A stretch of DNA of 32,084 nucleotides from Octopus sinensis. Its lineage: Eukaryota. The DNA lies in contig NW_021832793.1 in assembly GCF_006345805.1 (NCBI RefSeq), positions 1 through 32,084 of the forward strand, given 5' to 3'. Below the pieces are notes generated by a model. It had not been told where the DNA came from. It saw nothing but the letters and a program-made list of their open reading frames with translations, and searched no databases. Shown here one piece after another: positions 1 to 12,844 of the stretch (its first letter is position 1; each line of letters starts with the position of its first letter). The position numbers were made by a program, and so were the translations under genes.

Positions 1-253
1 ACGCACTCGCCTCTTGGGTTTCGTTTTCCTTACACTATGTGCGATTCTACGGTACCTTACGTATTTTCTTTTAATATATTCTAATTAAGGTGTTATACAG
101 TGCAGTACTATTCTCTATTTTTACTTATGAATTTACAAATATTTAGGCGTGAAAATGATTATTTTACTACGGAAATAATTAAAATCTTACAAAATATAAT
201 TTATATATATATAGGGCTCGATAGGTGAACCGCGATGTGGTGAGTGGTTACTG

Positions 254-263
254 TCTATATCTA

Positions 264-336
<73 letters not shown>

Positions 337-358
337 ATCTATATCTCTATTATCTGTC

Positions 359-428
<70 letters not shown>

Positions 429-566
429 TATATATATATATATATATAATATACATATAATATATTGTTGTGTGGGTGCATGTATATATATATGTATATG
501 TATATTATATATATGTATATATATATATGTATATAATATATATGTATATATAATATATATTATATA

Positions 567-602
<36 letters not shown>
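254..602. repeat. Compound (TATC)n/(TA)n microsatellite
   Basis: Direct reading; explains the YLSI/YIYI ORFs. Confidence 0.95.
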
Positions 603-607
<5 letters not shown>

Positions 608-890
608 TATGCGTGTGTCTGTTGGACTCTCCTGTCGGTTTCAACGTATGAAGATCTAACACACACTGTGACCGTCAGACCACTCAGTTGATTCGTCTTC
701 AGTGGTGAACAGCCACATATTTGGGAAATGCTATTAAGTTCGGCGGTGCAAATGTTTGCTCCAAACTTAATGAACAATGTACCTTGGTATGCTAAATGCA
801 TATCTGGACATCATACCAGAAATTTCTAACTCCTTTATGGCCTATCTATCTATCTATCTTCTATCTATCTATCTATCTATCTTCTATCTA

Positions 891-921
<31 letters not shown>

Positions 922-1010
922 ATCTATCTACTAGTCTACTCTATATATATTATATATGTATATATATTATATCATATATATATCTATATATATAAATTTA
1001 TTATATAGAA

Positions 1011-1270
1011 GGAGCTTTCTACAGGACTAGAACTGTTTCATTCAAGAGAAATCATCAGGAAGCTAGTTAACAAGAATTGTATTGGCATTTATACATTTAG
1101 GCAGGTTTTAAGGGGTGGTGGTGGGGGGGACTTTTTGGGGGTAGGCATAGCGCAAAAATATCATACTTGCGGGAGTGGTCAAGGAGTCAGTGGTAAATTA
1201 GATAAAAGAATAAATAAAAGAATAAAAAATATATAGAAAATAGAGTTTTAGGTAAATAAGGAGATTCTCA
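1011..1270 (-). mobile_element. Short repeat fragment with a hammerhead motif, probably a Penelope-like pseudo-LTR/UTR remnant
   Basis: Minus strand carries CTGATGA...GAAAC and ends in a TA-rich tract. The Penelope assignment is inferred from the known association of these elements with hammerheads. Confidence 0.45.
1013..1064 (-). ncRNA. Type I hammerhead ribozyme-like motif with canonical core
   Basis: Minus strand: AGCUUC-CUGAUGA-U-UUC-ucuu-GAA-U-GAA-ACAG-uucuaguc-CUGU-A-GAAAGCU. Stem I AGCUUC/GAAAGCU (one bulge), stem II UUC/GAA with a U-U mismatch at its base, stem III ACAG/CUGU, cleavage triplet GUA. Confidence 0.7.
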
Positions 1271-1984
1271 CTTATACATATACACATATGTTATATATAC
1301 AATCATGTTATATATTACACACAACACCACACACATATACACACACACATACATATACACACACATATATATACATATATATATATAAACATATATACAT
1401 ATATATATAATATATATACATGTATATATATATACACACACACATGTATATATACACACACGCCCACACATACATATACACACAAAATATATACATACAT
1501 ACACACCTACCATACACACATACACACATATCTACATAACACATGCACACCCAAGTCCAAATATATACACACATATAATATATATATATATATATATACC
1601 ATATGTGTACCTATACATACCTACACATACACACATATATATATATACATATATACATACACGCATTCATATATATATGCATACATAAATGCATCATACT
1701 ACTCACATGATCTATCTCTCTTTTAATCTGTATCTCCGTCTGTCTGTCTACATGTCTATCTATATACATACGTACATACATATATGCTTCCTAGAGATAC
1801 GCGTGTGTTATACATATATATATAATAATTACATAACTGCATACACATGCGTACATATATATATATATATGCACAAATACATACGTACATGCGTACATAC
1901 AATATATATATATATACCATAGAAACATACTGTACATATAAGCATATATACGTTCATTCAAACAAACACAGATTCTTACATGCA

Positions 1985-2387
1985 TGCATACATACATACA
2001 TACTACTACATACATACATCTACATACATTACAACATACATACATACATACATACATACACCATAATACATACATACATACATACACTACATACATACAT
2101 ACAAGTACTACCTACATACATACATACATACATACATACATACATACAGACTTACATACATCATACATACCTACATACATACATACATACACACATACAT
2201 ACATACATACACACATACATACTTACATACTACATACATACATACTACATACATACATACATACATACATACATACATACATACATACAGACACTACATA
2301 CATACATCCATACATACATAACCATACATACAACATACATACTTACACAGACATACATACATACATACATACATACCACATACATAC

Positions 2388-2418
<31 letters not shown>

Positions 2419-2807
2419 CATACATACATACACACATACATACATACATACATACAACATACATACATACATACTTACATACATACATCATTAAATACAT
2501 ACATACATACTACATACATACACACATACATACATACATACATACATACATACATACATACATACAACATACATACATACATACACTACATAATACATAC
2601 TTAAATACATACATACATACATCACAGACAACATACATACATACATACATACAACATACATACATACATACATACACACATACATACATACATACATACA
2701 TACATACATACATACACATACATACATACATACACACATACATACTTACATACATACATACATACATACTTACATACATCATACATACATACTACACACA
2801 TACATAC

Positions 2808-2838
<31 letters not shown>

Positions 2839-2899
2839 CATACATACATACATACATACATACACACATACATACTTACATACATACATACATACATAC

Positions 2900-2930
<31 letters not shown>

Positions 2931-2943
2931 CACACATACATAC

Positions 2944-2974
<31 letters not shown>

Positions 2975-3015
2975 CATACATACATACATACATACATACA
3001 TACACACATACATAC

Positions 3016-3046
<31 letters not shown>

Positions 3047-3072
3047 CATACATACATACCCACATACAATAC

Positions 3073-3103
<31 letters not shown>

Positions 3104-3677
3104 CATACACCATACATAACATACATACATACATACAACCATACATACATACAGACAACATTAACACACATACATACTTACATACATACATACATACATA
3201 CATACACACATACATACATCATCACACATACATACTTACATACATACATACTACATAATACATACATACATACATACATACATACATACATACCAAATAC
3301 ATACACACATACACACATACATCAACATACATACACACATACATACATACTTACATACATACATACATACCTACACACATACACACATACACACATACAT
3401 ACACACATACATACATACATACATACATCCACACATACATACATACCATACATACATACATACATACACATACATACCACACATACATACATACATACAT
3501 ACATACATACATACACACATACACACATACATACACACATACATACACACATACATACATACATACATACACACATACATCATACATACATATATACATA
3601 TATACATACGTACATACATACATACATACTAATACACATACACACATACATACATACATACATACACACATACATAC

Positions 3678-3708
<31 letters not shown>

Positions 3709-4560
3709 CATACATACACACATACACACATACATACACACATACATACACACATACAACTACTTACATACATACATCATACATACCCACAACACACATA
3801 CATACACACATACATACACACATACATACATACATACATACACACACATCATACCATACATACATACATACATACATACATACATACATACATACATACA
3901 CACATACATACACACATACATCATACATACATACATACATACATACATACATACATACATACATACACACCACATACATACATACATACATAATACAAAA
4001 AATCATACATACATACATACATACCACATACATACACACATACATACATACATACATACATACATACATACATACATACATACATACATACATACACACA
4101 TACTACATACATACATACATACATACATACATACATACATACATACAACATACATACACATACATACACACATACATACATACATACATACATACACACA
4201 TACATACATACATACATACTACATACATACATACATACATACATACATCATACATACACACATACATACATACTACACCATACATATACATACATACATA
4301 CATACATACATACATACAACATACATACATACATACATACATCACATACATACATACATACATACATACATACTACATACATACACACATACATACATAC
4401 ATACATACATACATACATACATACAACATACATACATACATACATACATACATACCACATACATACATACATACATACATACATAATACATACATCATAC
4501 ATACATACATACATACATACATACACACATACATACATACATACATACATACATACATAC

Positions 4561-4591
<31 letters not shown>

Positions 4592-4604
4592 CACACATAC
4601 ATAC

Positions 4605-4635
<31 letters not shown>

Positions 4636-4736
4636 CATACATACATACATACACACATACATACATACATACATACACACATACATACATACATACATAC
4701 ATACATACATACATACATACATACACACATACATAC

Positions 4737-4767
<31 letters not shown>

Positions 4768-5153
4768 CATACAACATACATACATACACACATACACTTA
4801 CATACATACATACACACATACATACATACATACATACCACATACATACTACTACATACATACATACATACATACACACATACATACATACATACATACAT
4901 ACACACATACATACATACATACATACATACATCAAACACATACATACATACATACAACTACATACATACATACATACATACATACATACACACATACACA
5001 CATACATACACACATACATACACACATACATACATACATACATACATACACACATACATACATACATACATATATACATATATACATACGTACATACATA
5101 CATACATACATACATACACACATACATACATACATACATACACACATACATAC

Positions 5154-5184
<31 letters not shown>

Positions 5185-6295
5185 CATACATACATACACA
5201 CATACACACATACATACACACATACATACACACATACATACATACTTACATACATACATACATACATACACACATACACACACACATACACACATACATA
5301 CACACATACATACATACATACATACATACACACATACATACATACATACATACATACATACATACATACATACATACACACATACATACACACATACATA
5401 CATACATACATACATACATACATACATACATACATACATACACACACACATACATACATACATACATACATACAAAAATACATACATACATACATACATA
5501 CATACACACATACATACACACATACATACATACATACATACATACATACATACATACATGCATGCATACATACATACATACACACATACATACATACATA
5601 CATACATACATACATACATACATACATACACACATACATACATACATACATACATACATACACACATACATACCATACATACATACATACATACATACAT
5701 ACTACATACAATCATACATACACACATACATACATACATACCACATACATACATACATACATACATACATACATACCACATACTTACATACATACATACA
5801 TACCTGCATACATCACACATACATACATACATACACACTACATACATACATACATACATACATACATACACACATACATACAACATACATACATACATAC
5901 ATACATACATACATACATACATAACATACATACATACATACATACATACATACATACATACATACATACATACATACAGACACACATACTACATACATAC
6001 ATACATACATACATACATACACACATACATACATACATACATACATACATACATACATGCATACATACACATACATACATACACACATACCATACATACA
6101 CACATACATACACATACATACATACACACATACATACATACATACATACATACATACACATACATACATACATACATACATACACACATACATACATACA
6201 TACATACATACATACATACATACACACTACATACATACATACATACATACATACACATACATACATACATACACACATACATACATACATGCATA
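1985..6295. repeat. About 4.3-kb degenerate (TACA)n tetranucleotide array
   Basis: Continuous ACAT/ACAC/ACTT units; source of all HTYI/MYVC ORFs. Confidence 0.97.
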
Positions 6296-6532
6296 TATTT
6301 CTCACAGCTACTTTTTTTAATGGCGAATAGGCGCCTTCGTACTCATCATCAAAATTAATTTTGCATACGTCAGAATTATATAGAAACATTATTTCTTAAT
6401 TAGATTTGCTTTCAATTTTTATCTCCAGTTTATATCACATTGAGTAACATCACGTTACGACATACTTTTCCTGAATTTTTCCAGTCGTTTTTTCAGCCAT
6501 GTCTGACACCTTTAGAATTCGTTTGTTAAATA

Positions 6533-7098
6533 TTGGGTTGTCCGGAAAGTTCGTGCCGATTTATAGTAGCTTACCTTTCGACTTAGTTTAGAACATGGTT
6601 GAATTCATAAAATAGGATTTGACTACACCTCCAGTTAGAGCACAGTTTAAGCTATCTTTTCGTAGAAGAAGGTTTATGTTCCTATAACCTGTGCTACTTC
6701 TGTAACCCTTTAAAATACAAGATAAGAAAGTTCATTTTCGGCAGTTGATACTTTGGGAACCAGACAAAAATTGCTGCAGCTCGGCTGGGATCTGTTACCC
6801 CTTTCTTCATATTCACCAAATATTGCTCCTCCGGATCTCCACTTATTCAAATCTCTGCAGAATAGTGTTAATGGTAAAAATTTCAATTCCTTGGATGACG
6901 TAGAAAGATAACTTGATGAATTCTTTGCCATGAAACCACCTCAATTCTGGGAAGAGGGTATTTTCAAGTTAAAGGAAAGATGGAGACGCATTGTGCAACA
7001 AAATGGTTTATATTTGGTTGATTAAAAATGTAATGGCAAGTATTTATTGACCCTTTCCTTTCCTTTAAAAATTGGCACGAACTTTCCGGACAACCCAA
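6533..7098 (+). mobile_element. Internally deleted mariner transposon, 566 bp, non-autonomous
   Basis: 30-bp TIRs TTGGGTTGTCCGGAAAGTTCGTGCC(G/A)ATTT with one mismatch; TA target duplication at 6531-6532 and 7099-7100. Confidence 0.93.
6759..7025 (+). pseudogene. Mariner transposase C-terminal remnant
   Basis: Translates TRQKLLQLGWDLLPLSSYSPNIAPPDLHLFKSLQNSV...FWEEGIFKLKERWRRIVQQNGLYLVD*, matching the mariner YSPDLAPSD(Y)HLF motif; one internal stop. Confidence 0.9.
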
Positions 7099-7620
7099 TA
7101 GTTTGTTAAAACGTCATTGTACAAACCTGTTTTCTTTTTTTTTTCTTTATTTTTAAGGGCTACATTTTTAGGGTCGTTTCTAGTGCGCTAACCAAAGTAT
7201 TAAGGGTATGCAGATGAATGCAAATTTATACATACGTTTCTCAGTGTGTGCGTGTATGTGTGTGTGTGTCCGCGTGTGAGGCTGAGTCTATGTTTGAGTT
7301 TCTGTCTGTGTGTAGTTGACGTTACATACATTCATACACACACACACACACACACACATCGTATATATATATATATATTTCGTTGTTTAAAAAAATGTCC
7401 ATTTCCTTGGTTTTGTGTTTATGTTTTCGTTTCCCATTTGTTTTCGACGTTGTTTTTGGTGTCCTGTACCCATATATGCATGTATATATACATGTAGAGG
7501 TAGGTACGTACATATAAGTATGTATATATGCATATGTTTTATTTATTTATTAATTTATTATATATATATACAGGGTGGGCCAAATGTCACGTACCACAAC
7601 CATTTTACATTTTATTTATA

Positions 7621-7849
7621 CAGGGTGTTCAAAAAGTCTCTCGGGAGTTAATTTTTTTCTTCTCCAAGATGTATTTCAAAACATGTGCAGAAGAGTCAAA
7701 TTATATATTGAAATGGACAACACTTTTAACACCTCTTATCAGGTATTTTAAAGTCTTGTAAAGTCTAATATATTATTGGAGTCTTATATCATCTTATAAA
7801 TTATTTTGCAATAAAATTCTTACTCCGGAGAGACTTTTTGAACACCTTG
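7621..7849. mobile_element. Tc1/mariner-type MITE, 229 bp
   Basis: TIRs CA(G/A)GGTGTTCAAAAAGTCTCTC(G/C)GGAGT, about 28 bp; TA on both flanks (7619-7620, 7850-7851). Confidence 0.8.
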
Positions 7850-7885
7850 TATTTTGTATTATTATTATTATTATTATTATTATTA

Positions 7886-8003
7886 GACAGCAAGATGGCA
7901 GAATCGTTAGCAAGCCGGGCAAGATGCTTAGCGGCATTTTTTCCGTCTTTACGTTCCGAGTTCGAATTCCGCCAACGTCGACTATTCCTTTCGGAGTCGA
8001 TAA
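7886..8003 (+). mobile_element. tRNA-derived SINE, 5' part (MetaSINE-like family)
   Basis: A-box-like TGGCAGAATCGTTAG and B-box GAGTTCGAATTCC; homologous to the copies at 16.6-17.7 kb and 19.4 kb. Confidence 0.7.
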
Positions 8004-8146
8004 TCTTGCAAATTGTATTTGATTTGCAAGATTATAGATGTGAAATCGCTTGTTCAAATGCATATCATTATACTTGGAAGTGGGCATCTCTTACCAATTA
8101 AGCGCACTTTCTATATATTTGGTCTAAACTTCAGCTTTATTCATAT

Positions 8147-8310
8147 TCTTAGCAACATTTCCACTGTTCTGAGTTCAAATTCCACCCAGGTCGGGTTTGC
8201 CTTCCATTGATTCGGGGTCCATAAAATTAGTGCCACTTACGCACTGGGGTCGATCCAATCGACTTAATCACTTCCCCCAAATTTGAGACCTTGTGCTTCC
8301 AGTAGAAAGG
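8147..8310 (+). mobile_element. 5'-truncated MetaSINE-like SINE running into an (ATT)n tail
   Basis: GAGTTCAAATTCC...GCCTTCCAT...GGGGTC...GCACTGGGGTCGAT; ends AGTAGAAAGG followed by (ATT)n. Confidence 0.7.
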
Positions 8311-8323
8311 ATTATTATTATTA

Positions 8324-8385
<62 letters not shown>

Positions 8386-8413
8386 ATTGTTATTATTATC
8401 ATTATTATTATTA

Positions 8414-8464
<51 letters not shown>

Positions 8465-8470
8465 GTTATT
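8311..8470. repeat. (ATT)n microsatellite
   Basis: Direct reading; source of the poly-I/Y ORFs. Confidence 0.95.
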
Positions 8471-8626
8471 ATTTTTCTTCCTTTTTTTTTCTTTCAAATT
8501 TGCTTCCATTTCTTGCCGGGTGTCTTCCCGACTCCTAGGGCAAAGAAACTCATAGTATACATTGGTAGGCCATTAAACTAAACTCACTAGTTCGTTCAAT
8601 TTTTTTTTTAAGTTAAATTAAAATAC

Positions 8627-8644
8627 ATGTATTATTATTATTAC

Positions 8645-8698
<54 letters not shown>

Positions 8699-8710
8699 CA
8701 TTATTATTGA
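8627..8710. repeat. (ATT)n microsatellite, i.e. an (AAT)n tail on the minus strand
   Basis: Direct reading. Confidence 0.95.
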
Positions 8711-9172
8711 GCGAGAGAGAGAGAGCAGTGGAAGCCATCAACGTGATACTGGGATACAAATATACGAAACCCATCATGACTACCCGTCTGGTATGTCTAC
8801 ACCAAGCACATGCATCACAACCATATGTGCGTGACATCGTGATCTCATATCAAGATAAACAGCACATGACCTTGCAGGTGGGGCCCAGTTAGAATTTTCT
8901 TCAGGTCGGGTGGTCCATCCCACTCAAATGGTCCCTGAATAAGGTTTGTTTTAAGGATGATGAACAAAACACCCATCTTCTCAGAGGTGTTTTATCCAAA
9001 CTCCATAGAATTCCCCTCAACACATGGCTATGATGCTCCCCCATTACTTCTGTTCGTGATCAGAGATGCATATATTGTCAGCCACAAAGGGACATGTTCA
9101 ACTGATTGAGGTGAAGTACCTGACCTGCAAATCTGTAGTATTGAGCAGAATATTTGCTGTAGCCCATCTATT
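8711..9172 (-). mobile_element. Probable non-LTR retrotransposon 3' end terminating in (AAT)n
   Basis: Complex sequence abutting an (AAT)n tail on the minus strand. No coding motif recognised, so the clade is not assigned. Confidence 0.45.
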
Positions 9173-9333
9173 ATTATTCATTATGTATATATATGTGTGT
9201 GTATGTGTGTGTGTCTGTCTGTGTGTGTGTGTGTCTATACAGTAACAGCATCTAGACACATGCATACGCATAGAAACACACGTAGACTTACACACGCACA
9301 CACACACACACACACACATAAACACACATACAT

Positions 9334-9603
9334 AGGAGTGGGTATGTGGTAGTAAGCTTGCTTCCCAACCACATGAATCTGCGTCCACTCCCACTGTGAG
9401 TGAGTGTATTTGTGTGTCTCTGTTTCTCCCCCCACCCCACGATCACTTGACATTGATGTTGGTGTGTTTACGTCCCCATAACCTAACAGTTTGTAAGTAC
9501 TAGACTTACAAAGAATAAATCCTGGAGTCGATTTGTTCGACTAAGGGCGGTGCTCCAGCATAGCCGCATTCAAATGACTGAAGCAAGAATAACAATAAAA
9601 GAA
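9334..9603 (+). mobile_element. Degenerate, internally deleted CORE-type SINE (family with an internal microsatellite)
   Basis: Head ...CTTCCCAACCACATG and 3' module GTACTAGACTTACAAAGAATAAATCCTGGAGTCGATTTGTTCGACTAAGGGCGGTGCTCCAGCAT, both shared with the 22.4-22.8 kb copy. Confidence 0.75.
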
Positions 9604-9992
9604 TATATATATATATATATATTAAGTTTTCAAAATGTATACCAATACACATTGTATACCAAATTTATACCAATTCACATCTGAAACAATAATTTTATAA
9701 GCAACACCTTTATCATACGATTTTAAATAGCATCTCTCTCGATTTTTTATACGGAAATTCATCCTTTTCTCTGATGAGTGGATATACTTCCTAATGATGG
9801 TTATCAACTTTTGATGTCATTTCGAAAGGTAGTAGATTCATGAAACGATCGTAAGATGTCTCAAATCTTTTTTAAATTATCATAGCTATACTTTTATATA
9901 TTTATTTATTAATACGATACTGTTTATAGTATGGACGTATCTCTACAGTGATTTCTAGGATATAATTTTTTCCTACTTTTACTCTCTAATAT

Positions 9993-9993
9993 C

Positions 9994-10064
<71 letters not shown>

Positions 10065-10078
10065 CATCTATCTATCTG

Positions 10079-10109
<31 letters not shown>

Positions 10110-10114
10110 CTCTC

Positions 10115-10186
<72 letters not shown>

Positions 10187-10190
10187 TATA
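9993..10190. repeat. Compound (TATC)n(TC)n(TA)n microsatellite
   Basis: Direct reading. Confidence 0.95.
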
Positions 10191-10359
10191 CAGACAAAGA
10201 AAAAGACAGACACAGGCATACAGTCAGACAGACAAATATGTAAATAGATAGAAGTAAAAACACACGAAGAGATAAGAGGTAACGATTACGGCTTATTACA
10301 CACGCGCGCATGTGTGGTGTATAGGTGTGTGTATACGTGCATTATGTACATATATATAC

Positions 10360-10417
<58 letters not shown>

Positions 10418-10429
10418 TGTGTGTAGTCG

Positions 10430-10600
10430 AAATATGCAGAAAGACAAAAGAGGAAGACAGGTGAATAAACAACAAGCAGGTGTATTAGTTTGACGCTCCG
10501 GAAGGTAAGAAATTCTTTTACATTTCGAGCATCCGTTCTTTAACAGAAAGATACACGAGGAAATATACAGACAGAGAGAGTAAAAAAAACTGAGTTCGCG
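10430..10600 (-). mobile_element. Decayed copy of the short hammerhead-bearing repeat family
   Basis: Aligns by eye with 26235-26450 and 30371-30520 (GAAGACAGGTG...TGTATTAGT...ACGCTC). Confidence 0.65.
10514..10552 (-). ncRNA. Degenerate minimal hammerhead-like motif, probably inactive
   Basis: Minus strand: UCUUU-CUGUUAA-A-GAAC-ggau-GCUC-GAA-AUGU-A-AAAGA; G8 lost and stem II mismatched. Confidence 0.4.
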
Positions 10601-10734
10601 GTCACTCATGGCATCCCCATGATAAATTTGACAGTTTGCATGAAAGGAAAAGAAAACACAATATCAGATCCAAAGTTTAAAGTATTTGAAAAAATCAAAA
10701 CCCATCAAGTAAAATATGGCTGGGATATAACAGT

Positions 10735-11700
10735 TTACTCAAAGTAGCCGCCCGCAGCCTCTACAACGGTTTGAAGACGGCTAGGGGATCTGGCGAATGT
10801 GTCCCTCACTCTTCCTGGGACGTTGCTCGAACACTTCCTTGATCTTAGCCACCGACTCGGCCTTGAAAGCAGGGCGATTTGTGTTTTCCTCAACTGCGCC
10901 CTACAAATAGTAATCCATGAGTTTACACTTGGGAGAATTAAGTGGACAGAAATTGGGGCTGATGAAATCATAGAAATTCTCCGACAACCACTACTGACAC
11001 TGTCCGGAAGGATGACAAGGAACTGAATCCTGCAATCGCACATATGGCCTTTCAGCAGCAACCCTCTCCACTCAAATTTTAAGCGCATCGCCAGGACCTT
11101 CACATAGCTGTTTGAGTTGAGCCCAAGACCTTACTTAAAGACGTGGCACAGCAAGACGTCACACTTACTGGAGACATCCAAACGTCACCACAATTTGGGG
11201 AAACTTAGTTTTCATGATACGAAGGACATCACATGAATTATAGGCGAACCAGCTTCTCCTAGTAGAAGTCCATTTCATCTGAGAGAATTCGCGACTCAAC
11301 AAGATGACTCTGCTCGTTCAGAAGCTTCTTTGCCTTCGTCAAGCTGTTCTATTTGGACTTGGCTGTCAGAGTTTGTCCCTTACACTTCTTGTACATGTGC
11401 TGGCGAAGGGCCAATTTCATGGTGGCGTCTGCAACACCAGTCTCTTTCACTAAAGCCCGGATACCCTTGTTCGGATCTTCCATCACCTCATCCTGCAGTT
11501 GTTGGATGAACTCCAGTATGCGGGCGCAGTCAGAACGCTTGCTGTGCACCATTCTGCTAACTACGGTTTCGTAGTCTTTGTTGCAGTTGTTTATATCATG
11601 TCTTACAGCTTTTACAATATTCACAGATCATTGAGCAGCAATCATGACGTCGGTAGTTTGATACCTAACGCGAACCGTCATGATACAGGTAAATTTTTCT
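10735..11700 (-). pseudogene. Decayed maT/DD37D-family transposase (Tc1/mariner superfamily)
   Basis: Across frames: ...FIQQLQDEVMEDPNKGIRAL..., ILSDE, MKTKFPQIVVTFG, VERVAAERPYVRLQD-SVPCH...WLSENFYDF...NSPKCKLM-D with 37 residues between the second and third Asp, and C-terminus VVEAAGGYFE*. Several stops and frameshifts; TIRs not resolved. Confidence 0.85.
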
Positions 11701-11884
11701 GATATTCAGATGACTTCTAGGTTTCCATGTCAGGTAAATTTTTCTAAACTACAATTTTAATCTTTATATTCTCCAACGCCGTTGACGGTTTACCAATACA
11801 ACAAGCTGTTCCTGGGAAAACAAGAGACATAACAAATCTTCAAATTTAGATCGCATACTTCCATACCCCCTTCCCTCTATCCCT

Positions 11885-11953
11885 CTCTCTCTCTCTCACT
11901 CTCTCTTTCTCTATATATATATGTATGTGTATATATATAATATATATATATAT

Positions 11954-11999
<46 letters not shown>

Positions 12000-12014
12000 G
12001 AGAGATAGAGAGAG

Positions 12015-12103
<89 letters not shown>
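11885..12103. repeat. Compound (CT)n(TA)n(GA)n(GATA)n microsatellite
   Basis: Direct reading. Confidence 0.95.
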
Positions 12104-12583
12104 TGGGTTGGTGTAAGGTCGTAATATCATATTGAATATGTAGGATGTGCGTTTTAAAGTTATTGAAGACTCACCATTTATCTTGGCTCCCATTTTGCCT
12201 CCCTTTCTTTAAATTGCTTTTAAATGTGTTTCGTTTATATGAAATAGTTTCGCAGTTTCAGTTAAACCCTCTCAACTTTGAAGCTGATTTAATATATTAA
12301 TTTTCATTCCTAAGGAAATCGATTTTCTTTTAACTTGAAATTCTATCATTATTCAACAATAAGTGAGACAAGGTTGTCTCTAAAACTTGCATCTTGAATT
12401 ACAAATTGTTGATTATGCCATACCGGTCAAGAAAACACTGTCCACATCACCAGCAAGTCCTCAAATATGCTTGCAATATTCTATCTTCCTGTGAGATATG
12501 ATTTTTTCTCTAAAACTATTTACATTGCAATAGATAAATGATATAGATTTTTATTTAACGTATTAAATTTGGAGTAATGGAGT

Positions 12584-12844
12584 AACATGGCTGTTCTGTA
12601 TGAACCGACCCGTTCCTACCATTTTGTAACCCCAAGAGAACGCCTCTAGCTGGTTATCGATGCAATCTGCACCCTATATATATATATATATATATATTAA
12701 AGCAGGAGAGCGAACCCCAACCATCTTCGCTCACCTGGTTGCAATATATATCGGGTGCAGATTGCTGAGATAACCAATTAGAAGTGGCGTCCGCTTGGAG
12801 TTAAAAAATGGCAGTAACGGCGGTTCGTACTAAACAGCCATGTT
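12584..12844. mobile_element. Palindromic MITE-like element with arms of about 95 bp
   Basis: AACATGGCTGTT...GGTTATC...GCAATCTGCACCC is mirrored by GGGTGCAGATTGC...GATAACC...AACAGCCATGTT. TSD unclear (GGAGT/GAAGT). Confidence 0.7.

Noticed and set aside
1847-6389. Long ORFs up to 395 aa (MYVC/HTYI repeats)
   Set aside because: They are translations of a stop-poor tetranucleotide array, with no protein-like complexity.
9765-9800. CTGATGA motif as a possible hammerhead
   Set aside because: No stem II/GAAA follows at a workable distance.
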